IMG/VR virus record: IMGVR_UViG_3300029220_000017
Length of the DNA: 40,561 nucleotides
DNA from: a virus
Strand: one strand, 5' to 3'
Positions 24,567 through 31,497 of the stretch are shown here, piece by piece. The first letter of the stretch is position 1. Every line of letters begins with the position of its first letter. The notes beneath the pieces were generated by a model. That model was not told the origin of the DNA, ran no database searches, and saw only the letters and a program-made list of their open reading frames with translations. The position numbers and the translations under genes are program-made.

Positions 24567-24989
24567 TTAAAAAGTTTCCATCAATTTAGAGCTTACAAGA
24601 CTAGCATAATCATCGGCTAATTCTTCTTTTGTCATATAGTTTCCGAAGCAAATTTCAGCCTTGTAAATTTCTTTAGCAGTTATAAAAAGATTAATAAACC
24701 ACTTAGCATCACTTATTTTTTCGATGTCGATTAAATTTTTTTCTCTAATTGAAACAAAATAATTACTTCCACTTTCTTTTTCGTTTTTTAAACTGATATT
24801 CAACGCTTTGATCATGCCTTCTTTAATGTCCTGTGCCCATACAATCTGTTTTACGGAACCTTTTGTGATTTCTCCCATATGCTTTGCTTCCTTCCATGCT
24901 TTCTTTAATCCTTCGGAGATGCAAAGACCTGCCTTTTTAACTAACTCCCACGCTCTTTTCATGATTTTTGATAAATTGTATTTTTTCAT
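24567..24989 (-). CDS. Hypothetical protein (140 aa)
   Basis: N-terminal IMKRAWELVKKAG...LKKAWKEAK and a GSVKQIVWAQDIK motif. First gene downstream of the left twin promoter. Confidence 0.6.
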   Translation of the reverse strand: MKKYNLSKIMKRAWELVKKAGLCISEGLKKAWKEAKHMGEITKGSVKQIVWAQDIKEGMIKALNISLKNEKESGSNYFVSIREKNLIDIEKISDAKWFINLFITAKEIYKAEICFGNYMTKEELADDYASLVSSKLMETF

Positions 24990-24996
24990 TTCTTTG

Positions 24997-25078
24997 TATC
25001 TCCTCTCTTGATTTAATTCGATTATACACGATAATGTCTATTATGTCAAGAGAAAAATACACAAAAATATATTATTTT
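24997..25078. repeat. Left arm of the 82-bp inverted repeat (outward promoter, 5'UTR and ribosome binding site)
   Basis: Its reverse complement matches 25381-25462 at 75 of 82 positions. It carries a minus-strand promoter, TTGACA (25049-44), 17 nt, TATAAT (25026-21), and the GGAGA ribosome binding site of the 140-aa gene. Confidence 0.9.
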
Positions 25079-25082
25079 TTTC

Positions 25083-25111
25083 TTGATATTTCTTTCAAAA
25101 TAATGTACTAT
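25083..25111 (+). promoter_or_regulatory. Inner promoter of the 81-aa HTH gene
   Basis: TTGATA, 17 nt, TACTAT, about 30 nt upstream of ATG 25142. Confidence 0.55.
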
Positions 25112-25141
25112 ATATTTACAATAACAAAAGGAGGCTTTTCG

Positions 25142-25387
25142 ATGGAAACACGAGCAAAAAAAAGAAGTAACATATATAACGGAAGTATTTCATATAATAA
25201 TTTATGGGATACGTTGGAGCGCAGAGGATTAAAGCGTTCTAACTTATTAGATAAGGAAACTTTTAACCTTTCCCCGGCACTGGTCAATAAGTTGCGGCAC
25301 GACAGAAACGTGAATATAGATACAATTATGTATTTGTGCGAGAAATTGGACTGTCAAGTGTGCGATATCGTGGAATATAAAAAATAA
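25142..25387 (+). CDS. Small Cro/C1-type HTH protein (HTH_26-like, 81 aa)
   Basis: AGGAGG lies 7 nt before ATG 25142. NNLWDTLERRGLKRSNLLDKETFNLSPALVNKLRHDRNVNIDTIMYLCEKLDCQVCDIVEY matches the HTH_26 pattern. The longer ORF-track N-terminus is a translated repeat and is rejected. Confidence 0.75.
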   Translation: METRAKKRSNIYNGSISYNNLWDTLERRGLKRSNLLDKETFNLSPALVNKLRHDRNVNIDTIMYLCEKLDCQVCDIVEYKK

Positions 25388-25462
25388 TACATTTTCGTGT
25401 ATTTTTCTCTTGACATAATAGTCATTATCGTGTACAATATGATTAAATCAAGAGAGGAGATA
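25381..25462. repeat. Right arm of the 82-bp inverted repeat (outward promoter, 5'UTR and ribosome binding site)
   Basis: Plus-strand promoter: TTGACA (25410-15), 17 nt, TACAAT (25433-38). The arm starts at the stop codon of the 81-aa gene and ends 18 nt before ATG 25481. Confidence 0.9.
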
Positions 25463-25480
25463 TAGAGAGGTGAAAAAATT

Positions 25481-26149
25481 ATGAGTTTTTCAGATAGATT
25501 AAGACAAGCGCGAAAAAGGCAGGGGTTAACGCAAGAAGAGCTTGGTAAAAAAAGCGGACTTTCGACATATACCATTCAACGCTATGAATACGGGAAATTA
25601 AATCCGAAGAAAGATACAGTAGCCAAACTTGCTGCCGCTTTAAATCTTGGATATAATTACACAAAAAGCGGCGAGCCATACTTTTACACTTTCGCTGATA
25701 CCGTACCAAGTCGAGAATATGAAGGTGTCGAAGATTTTAACCAAGAACAGTGCCGAAATGCAATAGAAAAAGCATTAGAAGATGTAACTTTGTCAATGAT
25801 AGGAGAAAAAATCAAAACTGTGCGCCTACAAAAGGGAGTTTCACAGGCGGCACTTGCTAAATGTCTAGGTGTTTCAGCTGCCATGATTTACCAGTACGAA
25901 GTCGGAAAAAAGAAGCCAAAGGTAGAGACCTTATCAAAAATCGCAGGCGCTCTAGGTGTCGATTTAAAAGTTTTTTATGACGATTTGCCGCAAAAAGCTA
26001 TAGAATTAAAAAGATACGAAAACATAGCATTGGTTAACGAATTTGAAAATGCTTGTTTTCGCTTGGTTAACTTTCCGGATAGTGAAGAAATAACCGAGAA
26101 ATACGAAAAGCTTAGAAAAAAGCTAATAGACAGGCTTAGTTGTATGTAG
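25481..26149 (+). CDS. Tandem-HTH XRE-family regulator (two Cro/C1 domains)
   Basis: Domain 1: FSDRLRQARKRQGLTQEELGKKSGLSTYTIQRYEYGK. Domain 2: IGEKIKTVRLQKGVSQAALAKCLGVSAAMIYQYEVGKKKP. Confidence 0.85.
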   Translation: MSFSDRLRQARKRQGLTQEELGKKSGLSTYTIQRYEYGKLNPKKDTVAKLAAALNLGYNYTKSGEPYFYTFADTVPSREYEGVEDFNQEQCRNAIEKALEDVTLSMIGEKIKTVRLQKGVSQAALAKCLGVSAAMIYQYEVGKKKPKVETLSKIAGALGVDLKVFYDDLPQKAIELKRYENIALVNEFENACFRLVNFPDSEEITEKYEKLRKKLIDRLSCM

Positions 26150-26194
26150 ATAGCAGCACCCGCCCCGGAGGTACGAAGGCAGGAAGGGAAATAA

Positions 26195-27532
26195 ATGAAA
26201 AGAGCCGCTTTATACGTGCGAGTAAGCACGCAAGAGCAGAAGAACAGTGGATTGTCCGTTGATTCGCAGATAGATGCGCTTGAAAAATATTGTGAAGAGC
26301 AAGGATATACGGTTGCTGGTATTTATAACGATGCCGGCATATCTGCACGTAAAAAATACACAAAACGCCCTGCCCTTTTGCAGTTACTTGAGGATTGCAA
26401 GAAACACGAGATTGATGTAATACTCTTCACACGCCTTGACAGGTGGTTTAGAGCTGTTGCAGGGTATTATGAGGTACAAAGTGTCCTTGATGCGTGTAAA
26501 GTGCCTTGGAGGGCTATCTGGGAGGATTATGAGACAGAGACAAGTCAGGGAATATTTAAAGTGAATATTATGCTGTCCGTAGCGCAGGCAGAGGCAGACA
26601 GAGACAGCGAAAAAATACGGTCTGTTATGGAATTTAAACGGAACAACAAGGAATATATTGGCGGAAAAGTGCCGGTAGGTTATCGCATAGAAGGGAAAAA
26701 GATTGTAAAAGACGAAAAGACGCGAGGAATAATTGAGGATATGTTTGAGCACTATTTCCAGACCTTCTCAAAAGCAGGAACCGCCGACTATATTTTAAGT
26801 AAATACCCTGGTTTTGTAAGAACCAGGACGAGGTTGGTTAAGATTATGTCTAGCCCAGCTTATCGCGGCGAAATGTATGGAGTAAAAAACTACTGTGAGC
26901 CGTACATCACAGAGGAGCAAGCGCAAAAAATCAACGAAGTATCCAGCCAAAAAACTTGGACAGATTGCAGGAGGCGTATTTACATTTTCTCCGGCTTGAT
27001 GAAATGCCCGATTTGCGGTTGCAGGCTTTCCGGGTGTGCAATAGGCAAAAAAGGAAAAAAGTACAAAGTATATCACTGCCCCCACTCTGTCGCACAAAAG
27101 CACAAGACCTACACGCGATCAGAAAAAAAATTAGAAACATATATGCTCAATCACATCGAAGAAAAAATACAGTTAGATGTATTAAGGGCAGAAGGTCGTG
27201 TGAAGGCAGGCGGAAACGATGCGGAAAAGAGAAAGAAAAAATTATCCAGCGAGTTGGGAAGAATTAATAAAATGTTTGAAAAAGGTAGGATAACAGAAGA
27301 ATACTATGACGAAAGATATGAGGCTATATCAAAGGAATTAAAAGAACTATCCCAAACCGCCGCAACGGAAGAGTTAGAAACTAAGAAAAAAATACAAAGC
27401 AGATTTCCTGACGGTTGGAAAGATATGTATATGCAGTTAGAAGAACAAGGCAAGCAGGTGTTTTGGAAAAGTATTGTAAAAGAAATAAAAATATCCCCCA
27501 ACGAATTTGTGGAGGATATTATATTTTTTTAG
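26195..27532 (+). CDS. int: Large serine recombinase (integrase)
   Basis: Catalytic N-terminus AALYVRVSTQEQ, resolvase and recombinase domains, Zn ribbon CPICGCRLSGC...YHCPH, and a C-terminal coiled coil. Confidence 0.95.
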   Translation: MKRAALYVRVSTQEQKNSGLSVDSQIDALEKYCEEQGYTVAGIYNDAGISARKKYTKRPALLQLLEDCKKHEIDVILFTRLDRWFRAVAGYYEVQSVLDACKVPWRAIWEDYETETSQGIFKVNIMLSVAQAEADRDSEKIRSVMEFKRNNKEYIGGKVPVGYRIEGKKIVKDEKTRGIIEDMFEHYFQTFSKAGTADYILSKYPGFVRTRTRLVKIMSSPAYRGEMYGVKNYCEPYITEEQAQKINEVSSQKTWTDCRRRIYIFSGLMKCPICGCRLSGCAIGKKGKKYKVYHCPHSVAQKHKTYTRSEKKLETYMLNHIEEKIQLDVLRAEGRVKAGGNDAEKRKKKLSSELGRINKMFEKGRITEEYYDERYEAISKELKELSQTAATEELETKKKIQSRFPDGWKDMYMQLEEQGKQVFWKSIVKEIKISPNEFVEDIIFF

Positions 27533-27535
27533 TTT

Positions 27536-27591
27536 TTGTTATGCAGTAACTAGCCGTAACCACCGGGTTAAAACCAGTTACTGTATAACAA
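27536..27591. other. Candidate attP for the serine integrase
   Basis: 16-bp arms TTGTTATGCAGTAACT / AGTTACTGTATAACAA match at 15 of 16 positions as an inverted repeat. They are separated by 24 bp and begin 4 nt after the int stop. Confidence 0.5.
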
Positions 27592-27634
27592 AATATTAAA
27601 AATAAAGGAGATACACTTACATTATACAGAAAGA

Positions 27635-27667
27635 AAGAGGACGTTTCAAGCGCCCTCTTTTATTTTT
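27635..27667. terminator. Bidirectional terminator between int and the convergent cassette
   Basis: Stem AAGAGGACG / CGCCCTCTT with one mismatch. It is followed by a T-rich tract on both strands and overlaps the stop of the 105-aa gene. Confidence 0.6.
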
Positions 27668-27963
27668 CGCAAAACTGAACGATATTCTCGTGGGTACATT
27701 GCTTCTATGGCTTTCATATGTTCGTCAAGCACGCGTAACAAGTGCTCAAAGTCTGCTTTCCGGGCTACCTCTTTAAACTCAGATTCCGGCTCGGATGCAT
27801 AAGAATAATATGCTGTTTTTGGTGTTGGTTGGTTTGGTGCTTTATCTGGCTCCAAATTATTGCGTACATTGTATAAAATCGAAAGCCGTTCGCAAGTGGC
27901 GTAGGTTGTTTTTCCTGCCTCTAATGCCGCAATTTCGGCATTAATTTCGCTCATATTAATCAT
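27646..27963 (-). CDS. Hypothetical protein (105 aa), last gene of the cassette
   Basis: An ORF in the cassette orientation: helical ends around a Pro-rich middle (EPDKAPNQPTPKTAYYSYASEPE). Confidence 0.55.
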   Translation of the reverse strand: MINMSEINAEIAALEAGKTTYATCERLSILYNVRNNLEPDKAPNQPTPKTAYYSYASEPESEFKEVARKADFEHLLRVLDEHMKAIEAMYPREYRSVLRKIKEGA

Positions 27964-27980
27964 TGCGGCACCCCTTCCTT

Positions 27981-28379
27981 TTATCGGTCTAATTCTGCTA
28001 ACGCCCTGCCTAGAGCCGCCTGATCTGTGCTAGACAGATTACTGTCATGCATCATGTCTTTAATGGTCTCTTTTACCTGCATTTTTGCATCGTTGTAAGA
28101 GTAATGGCCTCTCACATAGTGCTGACCTCTACGGGCATTGCTATAGTCGCCGTAATCCATGTCAGGATAACGCCCGCGACTGTATCTTCCTGACGTGTCC
28201 CAGTCGCCGCCACGGCTGTATTCGCTACCACCTTCCAGATACATAATCTTGTCGATATTTTTAATTGTGTCTGTCAGTTTGTGGACTGCCTCCAAATCCC
28301 CGGCACTCATATCGCCTTTGTTTGAAATCTCGTCCAGCTCTCTGCACATCATCTTTTTTAATTTGTGTAATGATTCCAT
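27981..28379 (-). CDS. Hypothetical protein with an R/G/Y/D low-complexity core (132 aa)
   Basis: N-terminal helix (LDEISNKGDMSAGDLEAVHKLTDTIKNIDKI), then YSRGGDWDTSGRYSRGRYPDMDYGDYSNARRGQHYVRGHYSY. Confidence 0.55.
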   Translation of the reverse strand: MESLHKLKKMMCRELDEISNKGDMSAGDLEAVHKLTDTIKNIDKIMYLEGGSEYSRGGDWDTSGRYSRGRYPDMDYGDYSNARRGQHYVRGHYSYNDAKMQVKETIKDMMHDSNLSSTDQAALGRALAELDR

Positions 28380-28392
28380 TTTTCGCCCTCCT

Positions 28393-28815
28393 TTACGCTA
28401 CTCTCTCGGCGATTAAATTGCTATTGGCTATACTAATTGCCTGCGTAGATGTATTTTCGACTGCGATTGTTATGCAACATCCGCGCGGAACGTCAATAAA
28501 CGCCGCTGTAAATACATTAAAATATTCGCCTGCCGCCGCAGGTGTTACGATTGCTGTCGCACTATTTAATGGTTCTCCGGCGATTGCCAGGGCAATAGAA
28601 ATAGGCGTCACGGTTCCACCGGCAGGTATGGCGATATTAGCCCCGAAGCTGACCTTATAGCGTGCCCTGCACTGGTTTGTAAGTCCTCTAAGGGTCACAA
28701 TTCCTGCCCCCTCCCGGTGTGCAATACAGTTGCCGCACTTTACGGCTGTCTCTGTAAGCGGTAAATTCTGCCCCGCCGCTACGGTTACAATATTACTATT
28801 GGTAAATTCTGCCAC
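28393..28815 (-). CDS. Beta-rich, Cys-containing small protein (possible TNF/C1q-like or DUF3992-like jelly roll)
   Basis: 140 aa, GTG start after AAGGAG. Alternating hydrophobic beta pattern, Cys at CGNC, C49 and a CC pair. The resemblance to BclA-C-terminal / Ena-type folds is by eye only. Confidence 0.5.
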   Translation of the reverse strand: MAEFTNSNIVTVAAGQNLPLTETAVKCGNCIAHREGAGIVTLRGLTNQCRARYKVSFGANIAIPAGGTVTPISIALAIAGEPLNSATAIVTPAAAGEYFNVFTAAFIDVPRGCCITIAVENTSTQAISIANSNLIAERVA

Positions 28816-28834
28816 GTTATATCACTCCTTTTTT

Positions 28835-28866
28835 AAATAATAAACGGCGGAACGATTGCCCCGCCG
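28835..28866 (-). terminator. Internal terminator/attenuator inside the cassette
   Basis: On the minus strand: CGGCGG, a 10-nt loop, CCGCCG, followed by TTTATTATTT. It lies immediately upstream of the ribosome binding site of the 140-aa gene. Confidence 0.5.
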
Positions 28867-28931
28867 CTATAAGCATCATCGGCACAGGCCGAACAATCCC
28901 GTCAACGCAGGAAGCTGCTAATTATAAAATT

Positions 28932-29768
28932 TTAGCATCCGCAACCAGTATTGCATCCGCAGTTACCGTACTGATATGGTGCAGAAACTGGAAAAGCCGG
29001 CACCGGTCTAGGGTTGTAGTAAGTAAACTGTCCCTGCATATACGCCTTTAAGGTTTCGTTCTGTGATGCCTGAGAAGCCGCTAACTGTGCCGCAAATAAC
29101 TGCTGATTTTGCTCGGCAATCTTAGCGTCCTTAGCTTCGATTCTCTGCGCCGTGAGGGCATCTAGAATGGCTCTAGCGTTGTTATTCTGGTTGTCAATGA
29201 TGTCTCTTGTGTTGTTTGCATTGTTAAAGTTTGTCTGGCAAAAGCCGTTTGTAACTTCCTGCTGAATTGCATTGGTATTTATCGCCATATTGTAGTTAAC
29301 GCCCGCGATAGCCTGTTTGTTATCACAACAGCACTGTGCTAACTGCGCCTGCAAAGCGTTGAAACTCTGCATATCTGCGATCTGTCCCTGCTGGATTGCG
29401 TTTCGTGTATCGTACCCGTTCTGCTGGATTGTGCTATTTGTTCCTGCAAATCCGTTGAGAAGAGAGGTATTCACCGCATAAAATCCGTCACAAATACCGC
29501 TATTGATGGTGTCGCTCTTGCGCTCAAGGGAGGAAATGCCGCTATCAATCTGGCGCTGTAAGGTTGCGAAATCAGAAGCTAATACATAGTTATCTGCCAC
29601 TCCTCCGCCACCATTATTCCATCCATTTCCGTTTCCCCATCCACAGAAGATAAAGAGGAAAAGAATGATAATCCACCAAGCACCGTTACCCTCGCCAAAT
29701 GCGCCGTTGTTGTTGCCTGTGACTGCCGCCAAATCTGCCGGGCTCATTCCGTCTGTTGTTAATCCCAT
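28932..29768 (-). CDS. Membrane-anchored N/Q/G-rich, Cys-rich protein (278 aa)
   Basis: A Gly/Asn tract, then a TM helix (WWIIILFLFIFCGW), then GNGNGWNNGGGG. This is followed by a long N/Q-rich helical region with a CCC triplet, and a C-terminal GNCGCNTGCGC. Confidence 0.6.
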   Translation of the reverse strand: MGLTTDGMSPADLAAVTGNNNGAFGEGNGAWWIIILFLFIFCGWGNGNGWNNGGGGVADNYVLASDFATLQRQIDSGISSLERKSDTINSGICDGFYAVNTSLLNGFAGTNSTIQQNGYDTRNAIQQGQIADMQSFNALQAQLAQCCCDNKQAIAGVNYNMAINTNAIQQEVTNGFCQTNFNNANNTRDIIDNQNNNARAILDALTAQRIEAKDAKIAEQNQQLFAAQLAASQASQNETLKAYMQGQFTYYNPRPVPAFPVSAPYQYGNCGCNTGCGC

Positions 29769-29868
29769 GAAATCACTCCTTTTTATTTATTTAAAACCCT
29801 TTAAAAGGTTTTGAAACTGTGTCGCCATCCCTTGTAACTGGTTATACTGTTGCTGGCTCATTTGCCCG

Positions 29869-30375
29869 CTATTTAGTAGGTTTTGCACTTCCTGCTTCGG
29901 GTCCCCTTGAAACTGCTGCCTGAACTGTTGAAACTGCTGTATCATCTGCATTGGATTGAGATTCATTCAATACCCTCCTTCTTAATGTCTCCATTTGCCT
30001 CTCTAAGGCTTTTAAGCGTTCCTCGTAGTTGATTGGTTGGCTAGATTGTGAAAGCTCCGCTGTGGGCGAATCCGAGCCCTTACGCTTATACTCAAACACC
30101 TCTAAAAACGGTCTGCCCGTCTGGTCTGCTCTTTTTTCGTAAAAAATTGGTGCCTGGCTGTCCCACAAACGGACAAAAGAATTTGGTGCTACTAAATACG
30201 CCTCCGCCGCGCCCTGCCCCTGTACCCAAATCCGCTCATCGGGATTAGATTGTTGTTGCATCTGTTGGGGTGGTGCTTGCTGTTGTTTTAGTCGATTTAA
30301 CTGGTCGAGATAATCCGGCTGTGGATATTGTGCGTACTGTGGATACTGTTGTGGATATTGTGGATAACCGAACAT
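29869..30375 (-). CDS. Q/P/Y-rich protein with a globular core and coiled-coil tail (168 aa)
   Basis: N-terminal YPQYPQQYPQYAQYPQPDY...QQQAPPQQMQQQ. Core IWVQGQGAAEAYLVAPNSFVRLWDSQAPIFYEKRADQTGRPFLEVFEY. The start abuts the upstream stop (TAAATG) and follows GAAGGAGG. Confidence 0.6.
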   Translation of the reverse strand: MFGYPQYPQQYPQYAQYPQPDYLDQLNRLKQQQAPPQQMQQQSNPDERIWVQGQGAAEAYLVAPNSFVRLWDSQAPIFYEKRADQTGRPFLEVFEYKRKGSDSPTAELSQSSQPINYEERLKALERQMETLRRRVLNESQSNADDTAVSTVQAAVSRGPEAGSAKPTK

Positions 30376-30753
30376 TTATTTTCCTCCTTCCCTCCAGTAA
30401 TATATTGGTGTCATTGCTCCACTGTCCCACGTATCGTAGTAATTGCCATCAATTACCGCTATAACGTGTCCTGACAATGCTAAAATATAACTCCCTTCTG
30501 GGTGGTTGTTTGCAAATTCCGAGACGGTACAGGTCATGTATTCGTCTGGGATTATATAACGGCTAAATCCATTGTCTTTGAGGTATGCGCCCCATACTGC
30601 GTTAGCCGAGGGCATATCTGACAATATCAAACCGTACAGTGCAAGCTGCATATATGTTTCTTCCCACGTCTGACCCATAGCCTTTGAGATAGCGCGCACG
30701 GTGCAATCCCCCACTTTTGCCGCCGCTGGATTAGGATTCCAATATTGATACAT
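30376..30753 (-). CDS. Putative papain-fold (Cys/His) peptidase-like protein (125 aa)
   Basis: A candidate nucleophile in VGDCTVRAIS and a downstream LSGHVIAVIDGNYYDTWDS segment. The fold assignment comes from the motif pattern only. Confidence 0.35.
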   Translation of the reverse strand: MYQYWNPNPAAAKVGDCTVRAISKAMGQTWEETYMQLALYGLILSDMPSANAVWGAYLKDNGFSRYIIPDEYMTCTVSEFANNHPEGSYILALSGHVIAVIDGNYYDTWDSGAMTPIYYWREGGK

Positions 30754-30786
30754 CTTTTTCGCCCTCCTTATAGTTTTATTATCTCA

Positions 30787-30825
30787 AAAAAATAAGCGTG
30801 TCACCACGAAGGCAACGCGCTTATT
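30787..30825 (-). terminator. Strong intrinsic terminator separating the late operon from the downstream cassette
   Basis: On the minus strand: ATAAGCGCGT, a 13-nt loop, ACGCTTAT, followed by TTTTTTT. A possible extended -10 (TGAGATAAT, 30787-30779) follows directly. Confidence 0.8.
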
Positions 30826-30858
30826 TCTCGCATAATTTTTAAATCATCTTTAGTTTTC

Positions 30859-31110
30859 TTAAAGGCTGTCTATGTATGGGATCGTGCCGGGAACTAATAA
30901 AATTTTTTCCACGGCGCAGCTCCACAGCCCCTGTAATCCTCTCGTGCTTATATTCATTTTCTCGGCGGCTTGCTCCTGCGTTAATCCGTCAAAAAGCAAG
31001 TACTGTACAGTTTCACGCTCCCGCAAAGTTAAACGGGCGCATGACAAGGCGTAATCAATAAATTGTTTATCGCCTAATCTCCAGAGTTTTTTTATCAAAC
31101 TTCTGTTCAC
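30859..31110 (-). CDS. Sigma-70 region-4-like / LuxR-type HTH protein (83 aa)
   Basis: LTLRERETVQYLLFDGLTQEQAAEKMNISTRGLQGLWSCAVEKI matches the region-4 pattern (L..rEr.v..l...G.tq.e.A..m.is.r.v). GTG start after GAGGTGA. Confidence 0.6.
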   Translation of the reverse strand: MNRSLIKKLWRLGDKQFIDYALSCARLTLRERETVQYLLFDGLTQEQAAEKMNISTRGLQGLWSCAVEKILLVPGTIPYIDSL

Positions 31111-31144
31111 TGCATCACCTCAAACACGCAAAAATTACGTAAAT

Positions 31145-31492
31145 TTATTTCATTTTGTCCAGTCCCAAAATTGCTCTAACTTTGTCTGGCAATAAATCTG
31201 GGTTGATTTTGCCGATGTTTTCCACGATGGAACCAAGCTCCATCAGAATGATGTAGACGCACACGCCTGCGGCAATAGGCACCTGAAATCCTAAGTCTAC
31301 ATATTTCTGGGCGTAGTCAATAAGATACGCAAGAACCACAAGCATAATAGAACCAAATTTATGGTACAATCCTTTCCTCATTTCTGAGGATTTCCACTCA
31401 TGGTTAGCGCAGGCAGCTACTCCGCCACTAGCCAAGTCAAAAACTACAAAAATACACGTCATTAAGGGCAACATAATATCACTCATCTCCAT
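31145..31492 (-). CDS. Holin (toxin-secretion/phage-lysis holin family, TcdE-like Phage_holin_4_1)
   Basis: Three hydrophobic segments and the family pattern D..SG...A......SS....G...K ... ELGSIVENIG...P. Confidence 0.8.
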   Translation of the reverse strand: MEMSDIMLPLMTCIFVVFDLASGGVAACANHEWKSSEMRKGLYHKFGSIMLVVLAYLIDYAQKYVDLGFQVPIAAGVCVYIILMELGSIVENIGKINPDLLPDKVRAILGLDKMK

Positions 31493-31497
31493 TCCTC

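Noticed and set aside
24997-25462. Inverted repeats flanking a gene, interpreted as an IS element, MITE or transposon
   Set aside because: There is no transposase, no target-site duplication is visible, and the arms are functional-looking promoter/UTR modules facing outward. Inversion remains only a testable alternative.
24968-25575. ORF-track proteins sharing ISSLDLI.LYTIM.IMSREKYTK.YYF (24968..25387+ N-terminus and 25354..25575-), which could be a duplicated small gene
   Set aside because: The shared peptide is simply the translation of the two arms of the 82-bp inverted repeat, which carries promoter hexamers and ribosome binding sites. No ribosome binding site or plausible start supports coding.
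26384-27501. Several 65-122-aa ORFs on either strand inside the integrase gene
   Set aside because: They are nested in a gene with unmistakable serine-recombinase motifs, lack ribosome binding sites and show antisense or alternative-frame composition.
30754-30858. Search for sporulation-sigma (sigma-K/sigma-E type) promoter boxes upstream of the unknown cassette, to support a spore-related role
   Set aside because: I could not find a convincing AC / CATA---TA or ATATT / CATACA-T arrangement by eye. Only a possible extended -10 (TGAGATAAT) is present. The spore hypothesis therefore rests on protein composition alone.
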